Assembly: GCA_038064675.1 (NCBI GenBank)
Contig: JBBTSM010000001.1
Coordinates: 40,446-104,445, forward strand
Direction of reading: 5' to 3'
Source: Patescibacteria group bacterium
GTDB lineage: Bacteria > Patescibacteriota > Patescibacteriia > UBA9934
Length of the DNA stretch: 64,000 nucleotides
A program made the position numbers and the translations under genes. The notes beneath the pieces are model-generated. The model worked only from the letters and a program-made list of their open reading frames with translations. It was not told the DNA's origin and made no database searches. The stretch's first letter is position 1. Each line of letters opens with the position of its first letter. Shown here one piece after another: positions 47,693 to 58,071 of this stretch.

Positions 47693-48721
47693 ATGAAATG
47701 CCATTTCTTCAATGACTATTCTGAAGGTGCGCATCCGCGAATTCTCGAGGCTTTGCAGCGTTGTAATGATTCTCAAGAGACGGGATACGGCGAAGACTCG
47801 TTTTCACTGCAGGCTGCGTTGATCCTAAAATCGAAGATGGGTACTGCCGACGTGGACGTTCATTTCCTTTCTGCTGGCACGCAGGCGAATTTCATTGCGA
47901 TGGCGGCGATGTTGCGACCGTACGAATCGGTGATCGCTGCGGATTCGGGACATATCGCCGTGCATGAGGCTGGTGCGGTCGAATCGACCGGACACAAGAT
48001 CAATACTATCGCGGTCGCTCAGGGGAAGCTCACACCGAAAGACATTCAAGGCGTTGTTGATTCGCATACCGACGAACACATGGTAAAACCGCGAGTCGTG
48101 TTTATTTCGCAGGCCACCGAGGTCGGAACGATCTACGCAAAGGCCGAGCTTGAGGTAATATCGAACGTGTGTAAGAAGAATGATTTGTATCTTTACGTTG
48201 ATGGCGCACGTTTAGGATCGGCGCTGATGAGTGAGAGATCCGATGTGACAATCTCTGACATCGCGCAATTCGCTGATATGTTTTACATCGGTGGTACAAA
48301 GAACGGTGCGTTGCTTGGCGAAGCAATGGTGATTGTGAATCCGGTGCTGAAAAAAGATTTTCGATACTTCCTCAAGCAACGCGGCGCACTTTTGGCGAAG
48401 GGCCGAGTTCTTGGTGTGCAATTCGTCGAGCTCTTCATCGACGACTTGTATTTCGATCTTGCGAAACACGCGAATGCAATGGCAAAAAAATTGAGTGATG
48501 GTATCGTGGCGTTGGGGCATTCCTTCTTGGCGGATTCTTCGACCAATCAGATTTTCCCAATTCTGCCGAATGCACTTATTGAGAAGATGAAGGTTGATTA
48601 TGGATTTTACGTTTGGGGGAAGATCGATGCAGACCATTCGTCCATCCGTCTCGTTGCATCCTGGGCCACGAAAGAGTCTGCAGTTGATGAATTCCTTACT
48701 GATCTCCGTACCAGATCGTAG
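47693..48721 (+). CDS. Low-specificity L-threonine aldolase (PLP-dependent)
   Basis: FNDYSEGAHPRILEAL N-terminus and GGTKNG PLP-lysine block. Start at MKCHFF. Confidence 0.85.
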   Translation: MKCHFFNDYSEGAHPRILEALQRCNDSQETGYGEDSFSLQAALILKSKMGTADVDVHFLSAGTQANFIAMAAMLRPYESVIAADSGHIAVHEAGAVESTGHKINTIAVAQGKLTPKDIQGVVDSHTDEHMVKPRVVFISQATEVGTIYAKAELEVISNVCKKNDLYLYVDGARLGSALMSERSDVTISDIAQFADMFYIGGTKNGALLGEAMVIVNPVLKKDFRYFLKQRGALLAKGRVLGVQFVELFIDDLYFDLAKHANAMAKKLSDGIVALGHSFLADSSTNQIFPILPNALIEKMKVDYGFYVWGKIDADHSSIRLVASWATKESAVDEFLTDLRTRS

Positions 48722-48747
48722 TAGATGATCTGGTATACTCATGCTAT

Positions 48748-49089
48748 ATGTTTGGACTCCTTCAGCCAGCGTTTCGATATGATCCGACTCTTCTTTCCAA
48801 AACAGAGCCAGGGAATAAACGTTGGCGTTATGAGGGGAAGACGGTGGTGTTTGGACCTGAATATGCGGCGGGAATTTTAGACGAGGAACGAATGCTTTTA
48901 CGAACAGACCGGTCGGCCGAGGGAGCGGGACTTGCGTCAGGGATGCTTGGCATAACGGCGCATGAACTTCGTGAAACATTTCCAGAAGCAGTTCGTGATG
49001 CAAAGGTATTTCAATACACTGAAGAAAAAATCGACGAGATTTTTCGCAAGGCCCCGCTGCGTGAGTCGCAGATGCCAAAGATCCGATGA
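48748..49089 (+). CDS. Hypothetical protein (113 aa)
   Basis: ORF only. Confidence 0.4.
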   Translation: MFGLLQPAFRYDPTLLSKTEPGNKRWRYEGKTVVFGPEYAAGILDEERMLLRTDRSAEGAGLASGMLGITAHELRETFPEAVRDAKVFQYTEEKIDEIFRKAPLRESQMPKIR

Positions 49090-49195
49090 TTTTATTTCAG
49101 GTCTATTATGTAGAAATCGGGACAATTTCAGATGTTTGATATACTTCACACAAGGAAATGATCTGATCTTTTGATTCGTTTTTATCGATGTATGT

Positions 49196-50278
49196 ATGCC
49201 GAAATTTGAACAATTAATGGGCGCAATGAAAAATACGGATTCTGAAGGTTCAGACGCGAGGATGGTGCCCGAGGGCCCGCACTGGGGACTTCCTCGTGAT
49301 GTTGATATCGATCACGAGGATCTTCGAGAGGAAGAAATCGAACGGCGTCGAGAGTTTTTGGGCGCAGCATGGGAAGAGATTTTGAGCTCAATAAACGGAC
49401 CAAAAAAAGGAATCGAACAAGGCCGGTTGGAGGAAATTTTGGATGCTGCATCGGGCCTCTCTTTGGAAAAGAAGGAAGTGGCCGGTGGGGTGAACGATTT
49501 GTTGTTCACTCTCCGAAATTTGCTCAGCGAAGACGACGAAACTCGTGGACTTGGTGAAATCCGGATTGCATGCCATACGCACCTTTGGGAAGTGGATAAT
49601 GAATCGTCGAGCAATTTTTCGCGATCCGTAATCTTGATGGCGTTCGATCATTTTCAGGAAGCATACGAGAACTATCTTTTCACGGGAACGTTTCGCAAAG
49701 AGGGGGAGGATTATTATGTGCGCGAGCTTGTCGAAGAGTTTGTGCGCACGAATGGTGCAGCTGTTCTCGAAACTCGTGAGGACGCGATATATGTTCAAGC
49801 GGTGTATGCGGCGATTCGAGCCATGGGATATGTTGGTATTCAGCCAGAGACATTGCTCAAGAAGAAAACTCCAACAATTGAGGTACGAACGGATATTTCC
49901 GGGGTTTCGGACGAACAACTTCTTCAAAAAATTCAGCGCGCACCAATGTTCAGTCGAGATGGATCCGATCGTGTGCTTGGAATGGATCAGGGCCACGACG
50001 TTTTGGGAATCGTTTTATATAGTGAACAACGCCCAACGTTGCTTCCAGCCTTTGCTGACGCGTTAGCCGCGGTTAAACAGTCAGGAAGGCTTACGAATGA
50101 AGCAAGAAAAGCAAAGAGCCTTGGCGAATTAATGCGCCTCTCACGAGGAAAACTGTATTTCAATAATGGAATTACGAGCGGTCGATACTGGCGCTATGCA
50201 TATCAAACATCGGAGAGAATTGATGCTCCATGGGAAGAGGCTATTATCGGATGGCACGACAATGACGGCGACGAATAG
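49196..50278 (+). CDS. Hypothetical protein (360 aa)
   Basis: ORF only. Confidence 0.5.
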   Translation: MPKFEQLMGAMKNTDSEGSDARMVPEGPHWGLPRDVDIDHEDLREEEIERRREFLGAAWEEILSSINGPKKGIEQGRLEEILDAASGLSLEKKEVAGGVNDLLFTLRNLLSEDDETRGLGEIRIACHTHLWEVDNESSSNFSRSVILMAFDHFQEAYENYLFTGTFRKEGEDYYVRELVEEFVRTNGAAVLETREDAIYVQAVYAAIRAMGYVGIQPETLLKKKTPTIEVRTDISGVSDEQLLQKIQRAPMFSRDGSDRVLGMDQGHDVLGIVLYSEQRPTLLPAFADALAAVKQSGRLTNEARKAKSLGELMRLSRGKLYFNNGITSGRYWRYAYQTSERIDAPWEEAIIGWHDNDGDE

Positions 50279-50301
50279 CGAATATAGATTCCCAATTGGT
50301 T

Positions 50302-51966
50302 ATGATCAACTCCCTCTTTCTCGAAATCGCGGCGGTCATGATGACTGCGGGGTTGTTTTCGCTCATCGCGTATAAGTTAAGGCAGCCGTTGATTATCGCG
50401 TACATCGCCACGGGAATCGTGGTGGGGCCGGGGTTGTTCAATCTTGCGCATTCGGTGGATGTGTTCGAAACGATGTCGAGTATTGGTATTGCGTTCCTGC
50501 TGTTCATCGTTGGATTAAATCTCAACTGGCGCAACGTCAAAGATGTTGGTCGCGTTGCGCTTATCGCCGGATCGGCACAGGTCATTATCACATCCATCAT
50601 CGGCACAAGCATCGCGCTTGCGCTCAGCGTTCCGTTGCCAACGGCGATTTTTCTTGGTGTCGCATTCTCCTTCTCGTCCACAATCATCATCGTAAAGCTG
50701 CTCACGGATAAGGAGGATCTCGACCGCTTGTACGGCCGCATTGCCGTGGGAATGCTCATCGTTCAAGACATTATCGCAATGCTCATCCTTCTCGTTCTTT
50801 CTGCGATGCACGACGGACAAGACTTGCGCGCGATTCTTACCTTCTCGCTGGGCAAGGGGCTGGTGACGATGTTTGTATTGTGGTTGCTTGCAAAGCTCGT
50901 CGTGCCAAAAGTGTTTTCCTATGCTGCAAAAAGTCAGGAGTTGCTGTTCTTGATTGCACTCGGGTGGTGTTTTGCTGTTGCAAGCGCGCTGCAGTATTTC
51001 GGGTTCGGTATCGAGAGCGGTGCGTTGCTTGCCGGTGTTTCACTTGCAGGAACAGGATTTCAGCATGAGATTGAAGCGAAGATTCGCTCTCTGCGCGATT
51101 TCTTCCTCATCATTTTCTTCATTGTTCTTGGTACGCACCTTACGCTTGGTGCATTTGATCATGTGATCATTCCGGCGCTGGTGCTGAGCGCATATGTGCT
51201 GATCGGTAATCCGCTCATTGCACAATTCATCATGCGATTCATGGGCTACCATTCGCGCACTGCGTTTCTTGCCGGAACCACCGTGGCGCAGATTAGCGAG
51301 TTCTCATTCATCATGCTCGCAGCCGGAATCGCTGGCGGGTTTGTGTTGCCAGAAGCAATGACGCTCGCCACGATCGTTGGACTCATCACTATTGCAGGGT
51401 CGTCCTATCTCGTCGCATATAACGAAAGTATTTATGAAAAGCTTTCCGTATTCTTTCCGTCGAAGAAACACGAACACGACGACGTGAAGCACACGGGAAG
51501 TGATGTTGTGCTTCTTGGGTACGATCGGATGGGCCTTGAGATCCTTCCGAAAATTGAGGAGATGACGGACGAATATCGCATCATCGATTTCAATCCTGCC
51601 GTGGTTGAACGCTTACTTGTAGACGGCAAGCCGGTGATGTACGGCGATGTGGGCAGTGAAGATGTGCTGATGATGGCGCATGTAGATAAGGCGAAACTCG
51701 TCATTTCAACGATTCCCGACATGAGCGTGAACGATGCGATTCTCGATTTCTTCCGTCATCGTCATAGCAAAGCATCGATTGTCGTTACCGTGAAGTCGTC
51801 GCAAGATGCCAAGCGATGCTATGATTTAGGTGCAACGTTTGTGATTGTGCCGAGTATTCTTTCCGGTGAACGATTTGGCGAGTTTTTGGCGAAACGGAAG
51901 GAAAAGAAGACGGCATGGAGTACGTTGGCAAAAACGTACATGCACTGGGTAAGTGATCGTGGATAA
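50302..51966 (+). CDS. Kef-type cation:proton antiporter (CPA2) with a C-terminal RCK/TrkA-N domain
   Basis: Roughly 12 TM helices, then a Rossmann motif VVLLGYDRMG. Confidence 0.85.
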   Translation: MINSLFLEIAAVMMTAGLFSLIAYKLRQPLIIAYIATGIVVGPGLFNLAHSVDVFETMSSIGIAFLLFIVGLNLNWRNVKDVGRVALIAGSAQVIITSIIGTSIALALSVPLPTAIFLGVAFSFSSTIIIVKLLTDKEDLDRLYGRIAVGMLIVQDIIAMLILLVLSAMHDGQDLRAILTFSLGKGLVTMFVLWLLAKLVVPKVFSYAAKSQELLFLIALGWCFAVASALQYFGFGIESGALLAGVSLAGTGFQHEIEAKIRSLRDFFLIIFFIVLGTHLTLGAFDHVIIPALVLSAYVLIGNPLIAQFIMRFMGYHSRTAFLAGTTVAQISEFSFIMLAAGIAGGFVLPEAMTLATIVGLITIAGSSYLVAYNESIYEKLSVFFPSKKHEHDDVKHTGSDVVLLGYDRMGLEILPKIEEMTDEYRIIDFNPAVVERLLVDGKPVMYGDVGSEDVLMMAHVDKAKLVISTIPDMSVNDAILDFFRHRHSKASIVVTVKSSQDAKRCYDLGATFVIVPSILSGERFGEFLAKRKEKKTAWSTLAKTYMHWVSDRG

Positions 51967-51975
51967 TATTTTTCT

Positions 51976-52809
51976 ATGGTGATGATGAAATTTGAAGGTC
52001 CATCCATTGGCGTTCACCACGACACCGCACCGCCGCTCGTGTTGCAGAAACCTCGCATGAGTATGAGTGATCGTTTTGCTGCACGGATTGCCGAACAGGG
52101 CGGATCCAAGGACGTTGTTGATGCATCGGTGAATACTGCCGAGGACGACCGTGTTGCTGAGCAGATCCGCGCGATCAATGAAAAGACAGCGGTGGCGAGC
52201 ATGTCATCTGCGGAATCGATTCCAGTTGCAGCGGTCGAGGTTCCGGTTGAGGCTGCGCCAGAAGCTGCGGTGGAGGCTGCTCCTGAGAAGAGCGCCGAGC
52301 AGCTCGCAGCGGAAGATAAAGCGATGCGTGAAAAAGCGATGGTACGTGCTGCAGAGATTCGTCGAGCGAAGATTACGAAGATTCAAACGCAGGAAAAGCT
52401 TGTAACGGCGCGATCGGTGCTCATGAAGATGGCTGACGCTGTTCCGATGGTAACGAAGATGGAACGGCCACCAATGCCGAGCATCGATCAGATGCAGAAG
52501 ATTGAGATTCCGGGATTCGGCGAAGCGATGGTGCTTTCGGTGGATCCAGATTCGCAGGTGATGTATTTCGCCACACCGGCTGAGCGAAGTAAGGTTGATG
52601 CGATGCTCGTGAAAGACGAAGGAATGAGTTCCATGAAGGCGGCGAATTTCGAAAATGTGATTGCCGTCACTCCAGATCAGGCCCGGCAGTACATCGCGGC
52701 GGCAAATGCAAAGCGACAATTTTTCACCAGTGAAGGAACGATCCCTTCGGAGGAAGTTGCAGCAAATACTCCAAATCACCTTGAAAACCGATACAGCGTT
52801 GCGGCATAG
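51976..52809 (+). CDS. Hypothetical Ala/Glu-rich protein
   Basis: ORF only. Confidence 0.45.
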   Translation: MVMMKFEGPSIGVHHDTAPPLVLQKPRMSMSDRFAARIAEQGGSKDVVDASVNTAEDDRVAEQIRAINEKTAVASMSSAESIPVAAVEVPVEAAPEAAVEAAPEKSAEQLAAEDKAMREKAMVRAAEIRRAKITKIQTQEKLVTARSVLMKMADAVPMVTKMERPPMPSIDQMQKIEIPGFGEAMVLSVDPDSQVMYFATPAERSKVDAMLVKDEGMSSMKAANFENVIAVTPDQARQYIAAANAKRQFFTSEGTIPSEEVAANTPNHLENRYSVAA

Positions 52810-52835
52810 GGTGAACAAGAAACACACGGCTGGCG

Positions 52836-52864
52836 TTGACCATTCGTGTGTTTTGGCCTATACT
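52836..52864 (+). promoter_or_regulatory. Sigma-70-type promoter (TTGACC-17-TATACT)
   Basis: Near-consensus hexamers with 17-bp spacing. AGGAGG RBS at 52877-52882. Confidence 0.6.
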
Positions 52865-52886
52865 CGCATTCCATTCAGGAGGCAGC

Positions 52887-53429
52887 ATGAGTGCTGCAAA
52901 ATTTCGTGTCGAACGCGCATCCGTGCCGATTGAACCGCTCAGCCCTGTTGTTCGGGCGGTGTCGTACCCTCCGGACTGCACCATCTGGGTGCCCGACGTG
53001 ATGGACGGCATTGTTCACTACAACATGGGTGCTCGGAAACCCAAGGAGCGAGGAAGGCGCTGGACTCGGAAGATCGTTCTCCGGCCGGAACAGGGGCAGA
53101 ATACTGAGGCATCGCGTCATGGGGGGAAAAAACACAATCGGGTGGCGACGTTTTTCTTTTTTCAGGGGGAGGTGCTCCGGATCGCTATGGTGAATTCCAA
53201 CGATCCGCAGTGTCGATTCCGGGATCACGGCCCTCGTTCGGTGCTTTCTCTGCACAACGATGACCTCGTTACGAGGATGACGGTGATGGCCGACAACATT
53301 CTTACTCGGGGCATCCCGAGTTTGGATGGCACGGTGGTGGTCGTCACCTGGAACCAGCTTCGCCAGATGGAACGCTTCCGCCACGTGGCTGTAGTGCCGA
53401 ACCTCACCATCACCTGGCCGTCCGCTTGA
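52887..53429 (+). CDS. Orphan hypothetical protein (180 aa) with atypical CGG-rich codon usage; a protein-coding call is uncertain
   Basis: Strong promoter, RBS and ATG, with a hairpin terminator at 53450-53479. No recognisable motifs. Confidence 0.35.
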   Translation: MSAAKFRVERASVPIEPLSPVVRAVSYPPDCTIWVPDVMDGIVHYNMGARKPKERGRRWTRKIVLRPEQGQNTEASRHGGKKHNRVATFFFFQGEVLRIAMVNSNDPQCRFRDHGPRSVLSLHNDDLVTRMTVMADNILTRGIPSLDGTVVVVTWNQLRQMERFRHVAVVPNLTITWPSA

Positions 53430-53449
53430 TGCGGCGCTGCCGCTACGCG

Positions 53450-53479
53450 CACCTCGAACCCTGACGTGGGATCGAGGTG
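53450..53479 (+). terminator. Hairpin (CACCTCGAACCC-TGACGT-GGGATCGAGGTG) followed by TTGCCGTTTCTGG
   Basis: 12-bp stem with one mismatch. Confidence 0.5.
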
Positions 53480-53779
53480 TTGCCGTTTCTGGGGAAAAAG
53501 AAACTGATCTTGGAATGGGTTGTGACGGAGCGACAGCGAGACTGACAGTATTCGTGGCCCGGCATGCTGGATTTTCGAATTGGCGAGTGTCAAGTCCGCT
53601 TTACACTCTTTTGATAGAAAACCCCAATGAAAATGCGTATGGATGTGTAAAGACCTCTTTACACTCGTGGATCGGGAAATCGAGCATGCCCTCCTCGCCG
53701 ATGATGCCGGTTCATCGCAATTCCTATCACAACCCACTAAAAGATCAGTTCAGGGCTCACCCCTGGGGACAAATTTCTT

Positions 53780-53820
53780 TTGACACTTTTTTGTTAGCAC
53801 TCTATACTACCGAGTGCTAA
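53780..53820 (+). promoter_or_regulatory. hrcA promoter (TTGACA-17-TATACT) overlapping a perfect CIRCE operator (TTAGCACTC-N9-GAGTGCTAA at 53794-53820)
   Basis: Exact CIRCE consensus with a 9-nt spacer containing the -10 hexamer, 20 nt upstream of hrcA. Confidence 0.9.
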
Positions 53821-53839
53821 TTGAGCGTTCTCAGGCCCT

Positions 53840-54535
53840 ATGAACACGCGTCAATCTCATATTTTACAGCTCGTGGTGGACGAATACGTCCGGACGGCTG
53901 AGCCAGTCAGTTCCCAGGCTCTTTGCGCTGGGTTCGATCTGGATTGTTCTCCGGCCACGGTCCGAAACGACATGATGGCGCTGGAAGAAGAAGGGCATTT
54001 GTATCAACCCCACACGTCATCTGGCAGAGTTCCCACGGAAGAAGGCTATCGGTACTACCTAGCCAACGTGGTGCAAGCCAAGCAGCCGAAGGTCGCTACC
54101 GAGCTCCGAAGCGCGATGGAGGAGATTCGATCGCTTGAATCGAAAATCCAATTCCTCGGGCGCCGACTTGCCGATCTTTCCGGGGATGCCGTCATCGTCA
54201 CCAATGAACATCAAACGTCGGCCCTCGGCGTGGCAAACCTTCTGCGAAAGCCGGATTTCAAGGAGGACAACATGCTCCTCGCGTTGGCCGAAGACATCGA
54301 GCGCCTTGAGCGCGATGCCACCAGCGTGATGAACGTTGCCCCGAGCGAGGTCCGAATCCTTCTCGGCGAAGAAAGCCCCATGGGCAAACGCCTCGCCACC
54401 GTCATCGTCCGCCACCAGTTACCAAACGGCGAAATCGGCGTCCTCAGTATCGTAGGTCCTCTGCGAATGAACTACGCAAGAAACGTTGCTCTCCTTTCCG
54501 AAGCAAAAAGAATTTTAGAAGAAAATGATTTGTAA
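53840..54535 (+). CDS. hrcA: Heat-inducible transcription repressor HrcA (short form)
   Basis: N-terminal wHTH ILQLVVDEYVRTAEPVSSQAL. Sits in the CIRCE/dnaK operon context. Confidence 0.85.
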   Translation: MNTRQSHILQLVVDEYVRTAEPVSSQALCAGFDLDCSPATVRNDMMALEEEGHLYQPHTSSGRVPTEEGYRYYLANVVQAKQPKVATELRSAMEEIRSLESKIQFLGRRLADLSGDAVIVTNEHQTSALGVANLLRKPDFKEDNMLLALAEDIERLERDATSVMNVAPSEVRILLGEESPMGKRLATVIVRHQLPNGEIGVLSIVGPLRMNYARNVALLSEAKRILEENDL

Positions 54536-54538
54536 ATT

Positions 54539-55114
54539 ATGACGGACGAAGAATTGAAAGACGAAGAGGGCAAAGGGCAGGGGGCAGAGGAATCCGTCAT
54601 CCCAAATGACTCTGGTCATCCCCGCGCAGGCGGGGATCCATCATCGGACCTCGAAGCTCTCCAGCAGAAATGCGCCGAATACCTTCACGGCTGGAAGCGT
54701 GCCCTCGCAGACTACGAAAATCTGCAAAAGCAAAACTCCAGCGCTCGTGACGACGACCGCCGACGCGTTCGATCGAATTTGGCGGAGGATCTGCTCCCCG
54801 TCGTCGACAACTTCGGCTACGTCACCAAGCACGTCCCCGACATCACCGCTTGTCCCGACGACTTTAAGAAAAAGTTCGACACCTGGTTCCAAGGCATCGG
54901 CCACATCGAACGCCAATTCGCGGAAGCGATGAAGAACATGGGAGTTGAGGCGATCCCAAGTGTCGGAACCATCTTCGACCCAAACCTCCACGAAAGTGGT
55001 GGCTCACGATCGGAGCCTGGAAAGAAAGAACACGAGATCATCGAGGAACTCATCAAAGGCTGGAAGATCGGTGACGTCGTGTTGCGACCTGCAAAAGTAA
55101 TCGTTAATGAATAA
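54539..55114 (+). CDS. grpE: Nucleotide exchange factor GrpE (N-terminal region contains a palindromic repeat unit in frame)
   Basis: Coiled-coil plus a C-terminal beta domain. Lies upstream of dnaK. Confidence 0.85.
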   Translation: MTDEELKDEEGKGQGAEESVIPNDSGHPRAGGDPSSDLEALQQKCAEYLHGWKRALADYENLQKQNSSARDDDRRRVRSNLAEDLLPVVDNFGYVTKHVPDITACPDDFKKKFDTWFQGIGHIERQFAEAMKNMGVEAIPSVGTIFDPNLHESGGSRSEPGKKEHEIIEELIKGWKIGDVVLRPAKVIVNE

Positions 55115-55118
55115 TTCT

Positions 55119-57023
55119 ATGTCAAAGATCCTCGGAATCGATTTAGGGACAACAAACTCGTGTGTGGCAATTATGGAAGGCGGACAGCCGAAGGTGTTGG
55201 AGAATAAGGAGGGAATGCGAACCACGCCATCCATTATCGCGGTTGCGAAGAATGGGGAGCGACTTGTTGGACAGCCAGCAAAGCGACAGGCGGTGACGAA
55301 CCCGAAGAATACGTTGTACTCGATTAAGCGATTGATCGGTCGACGGTTTAGTGATGAGGAAGTTCAGCGCGATATTAAGTTGATGCCGTTTGCGATTGTT
55401 GCTCGCGGCGAGGGAATCGCGATCAAGATGGGCGATAAGGATTTTTCGCCACAAGAAATCGCGGCGATGGTGCTTGGAAAATTGAAAGCAGATGCAGAAG
55501 AGAAGCTCGGTGAGAAGGTTTCCGAGGCTGTCATTACTGTTCCTGCGTACTTCGACGACGCGCAGCGTCAGGCAACCAAGGATGCTGGTGAAATCGCCGG
55601 TCTCAAGGTGCTTCGCATTATCAACGAGCCAACGGCTGCTGCGCTTGCGTACGGTTTTGATAAGAAAGTTGGACAGAAAATCGTTGTGTACGATCTTGGT
55701 GGAGGAACGTTCGATGTGTCCGTGCTCGACGTGAGCGAAGGAACCGTTGAGGTGCTCGCAACCAACGGCGATACGCATCTTGGAGGCGATGACTTCGATC
55801 TGACGATCATGAAGTGGATTCTTGATGAGTTTAAGAAGCTCGAAGGAATTGATCTTTCTGGTGACGCACTCGCAATGCAGCGTATTAAGGACGCGGCAGA
55901 GCGCGCAAAGATTGAGTTGTCGACTGCGCAGACCACCGAAATCAACCAGCCGTTTATTACGTCTGGTGCTGAAGGGCCGAAGCACTTGGTGATGAGCCTT
56001 TCACGCGCAAAGCTGGAGGAACTTGTTGGCGGACTCGTCGATAAAACGATGGAGCCAGTGAAGAAAGCGCTTGCAGATGCAAAGATGGATGCAAAGAGCA
56101 TCGGCGAAATCGTTATGGTCGGTGGTATGACTCGCATGCCACTCGTCCTTACAAAGGTTGAAGCATTCTTTGGCAAGAAGCCAAACGTAACGGTGAATCC
56201 AGATGAAGTGGTTGCTGTCGGAGCTGCGGTTCAGGCTGGTGTGATGCAAGGCGATGTGAAGGATGTGCTTCTTCTCGATGTTGCACCGCTCTCCCTTGGA
56301 ATCGAAACCATGGGAAGCGTGTTCACGAAACTCATCGATCGCAACACCACCATCCCGACCAGCAAGTCGCAGGTGTTCTCGACCGCGGCAGATAATCAGC
56401 CAGCCGTCACGATTCGCGTTGGCCAGGGTGAGCGCCCAATGTTTAACGACAACAAAGTGCTTGGTCAGTTCGATCTTTCCGGCATTCCACCAGCACCACG
56501 TGGCGTTCCGCAGATTGAAGTGAAGTTCGATATTGATGCGAACGGCATTCTGCACGTGTCGGCGACCGACAAGGCAAGCGGAAAAGCGCAGACGATCACG
56601 ATCACCTCATCGAGCGGTCTCTCGAAAGAGGAAATCGAAAAGATGAAGGCGGATGCAGAAAGTCACGCTACCGAGGATAAGCAGAAGCAGGAGTTGATCG
56701 AGGCGCGTAACATCGCTGATACCATGGTATACACCGTGGAGAAGATGCTCGTCGATAATAAAGAGAAAGTTTCTGAAGAAGACAAGAAAATTCTCGAGGA
56801 AAAGATGGAAGCCGTGAAGAAGGTAAAGGACACGGACGATCTTGCAGCGATCAAAGCTGCTGGAGACGATCTTTCGAAAGAGGCTCAGCGTGTTGGTGGT
56901 GCGATGTACGCGAAGGACGACGCTGCGAAGAATGCAGAAGCTGGTGCAGCACCAGAAGCAGAATCGACGGCGAAAGATGCAGAATTCACGGAGAAGAAAG
57001 ATGACGATGCAGCACAAAGCTAA
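55119..57023 (+). CDS. dnaK: Chaperone DnaK (Hsp70)
   Basis: [25 protein letters not shown] and the C-terminal lid. Start set at MSKIL. Confidence 0.97.
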   Translation: MSKILGIDLGTTNSCVAIMEGGQPKVLENKEGMRTTPSIIAVAKNGERLVGQPAKRQAVTNPKNTLYSIKRLIGRRFSDEEVQRDIKLMPFAIVARGEGIAIKMGDKDFSPQEIAAMVLGKLKADAEEKLGEKVSEAVITVPAYFDDAQRQATKDAGEIAGLKVLRIINEPTAAALAYGFDKKVGQKIVVYDLGGGTFDVSVLDVSEGTVEVLATNGDTHLGGDDFDLTIMKWILDEFKKLEGIDLSGDALAMQRIKDAAERAKIELSTAQTTEINQPFITSGAEGPKHLVMSLSRAKLEELVGGLVDKTMEPVKKALADAKMDAKSIGEIVMVGGMTRMPLVLTKVEAFFGKKPNVTVNPDEVVAVGAAVQAGVMQGDVKDVLLLDVAPLSLGIETMGSVFTKLIDRNTTIPTSKSQVFSTAADNQPAVTIRVGQGERPMFNDNKVLGQFDLSGIPPAPRGVPQIEVKFDIDANGILHVSATDKASGKAQTITITSSSGLSKEEIEKMKADAESHATEDKQKQELIEARNIADTMVYTVEKMLVDNKEKVSEEDKKILEEKMEAVKKVKDTDDLAAIKAAGDDLSKEAQRVGGAMYAKDDAAKNAEAGAAPEAESTAKDAEFTEKKDDDAAQS

Positions 57024-57034
57024 GTTGTAATTCC

Positions 57035-57056
57035 AGGCGGGGTTTGTGCCCCGCCT
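57035..57056 (+). terminator. Rho-independent terminator after dnaK (GGCGGGG-TTTGTG-CCCCGCC + TTTC)
   Basis: GC-rich hairpin 12 nt after the stop. Confidence 0.7.
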
Positions 57057-57066
57057 TTCGGCTGAT

Positions 57067-57549
57067 ATGACGGAGGTTTACACAAAAATTCTCGCACTTC
57101 TTGATTCACGAAACGTGAAATACGAGACTGAGCATCACGAAACCACCATTACTAGCCAAGATGCCGCGAGAATTCGCAACGTTTCCTTGCATGCCGGAGC
57201 AAAAGCGTTGGTGATTCGGGGCAATAAGACGAAGCAGTATTGGTTGTTCGTTATGCCGGCGGATTTGCGCCTGAGTAGTGCGAAAGTCACGGCGATTATT
57301 GGCGAGAAGTTCAGTTTTGCACCAGAGCCAGAGGCGGTGACAGGCTGTGTTCGTGGAAGCGTTCCGCCGCTTGGATCGATGATCGGCCTGAAGACGTATT
57401 GCGACAAGCGCCTGGCAGAGAACGAGATTATTCACTTCAACGCCGGGAGTCTGACAGATTCGGTCACAATGCAGTACACTGACTATCTCGCAATCGAGAA
57501 ACCGGAGTTAGTCGATATTACTGAGACTGCTGCCGATAACGCAATATGA
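57067..57549 (+). CDS. ybaK: YbaK/ProX-family aminoacyl-tRNA deacylase
   Basis: HAGAKALVIRG and GSVPPLG motifs of the YbaK/EbsC editing domain. Confidence 0.75.
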   Translation: MTEVYTKILALLDSRNVKYETEHHETTITSQDAARIRNVSLHAGAKALVIRGNKTKQYWLFVMPADLRLSSAKVTAIIGEKFSFAPEPEAVTGCVRGSVPPLGSMIGLKTYCDKRLAENEIIHFNAGSLTDSVTMQYTDYLAIEKPELVDITETAADNAI

Positions 57550-57572
57550 ACTCCGCAAGATCCTGAACGCGT

Positions 57573-58055
57573 GTGAAGGATCTCGACCGTGCCCACATGG
57601 AACCATCGAAACATCTGATAGAGGCCCTTCGCATTCGCTCAGGGTCTGTTGCCTACCTAACTTCCTCTATGACCACGAACAAAGAATACGCACTGCTCTG
57701 CGAGTTCGCGACACAATCCACAAACGGATTGAACAGCTTCATGCACGTGTTTGACCGCACGATGTTCCCAGCAGGCGAATCGCCGGTGCTTCGCGGATTC
57801 CTTGCCATGCGGCTGACGCATCTTCCAGAGGCTTCGAACGTCGAGGTGTACGTCACCGATGGATCGAATACGTTGGTGGAAAAAGGAACAATGTTTAAGC
57901 AACAGATCAAAGGACCGAACGCGAACCTTCTTGTCCGCATTGGGGGCATGACGGTACCAAAGGCGGGGGAGTATCGCATCTGGTCGCGCGTGGATGGATC
58001 GGAGCCGTTGGAGCTGTGTACGTGGTATGCGGAAGAGAAAGCGAAAGTCGCGTAA
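57573..58055 (+). CDS. Hypothetical protein (160 aa)
   Basis: ORF only. Confidence 0.4.
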   Translation: MKDLDRAHMEPSKHLIEALRIRSGSVAYLTSSMTTNKEYALLCEFATQSTNGLNSFMHVFDRTMFPAGESPVLRGFLAMRLTHLPEASNVEVYVTDGSNTLVEKGTMFKQQIKGPNANLLVRIGGMTVPKAGEYRIWSRVDGSEPLELCTWYAEEKAKVA

Positions 58056-58071
58056 CCCTCGAAGCCTTTTT

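Noticed and set aside
52810-53839. RNase P RNA, tmRNA or SRP RNA in the 1-kb gap before hrcA
   Set aside because: It has no GGAAAGUCCGG / GUAAGAGCGCACC blocks of RNase P. It has no tag-peptide reading frame or tRNA-like 3' end (GGTTCGANTCC...CCA) of tmRNA. It has no SRP domain IV motif. The region is better explained by a promoter-RBS-ORF-terminator unit plus the hrcA regulatory region.
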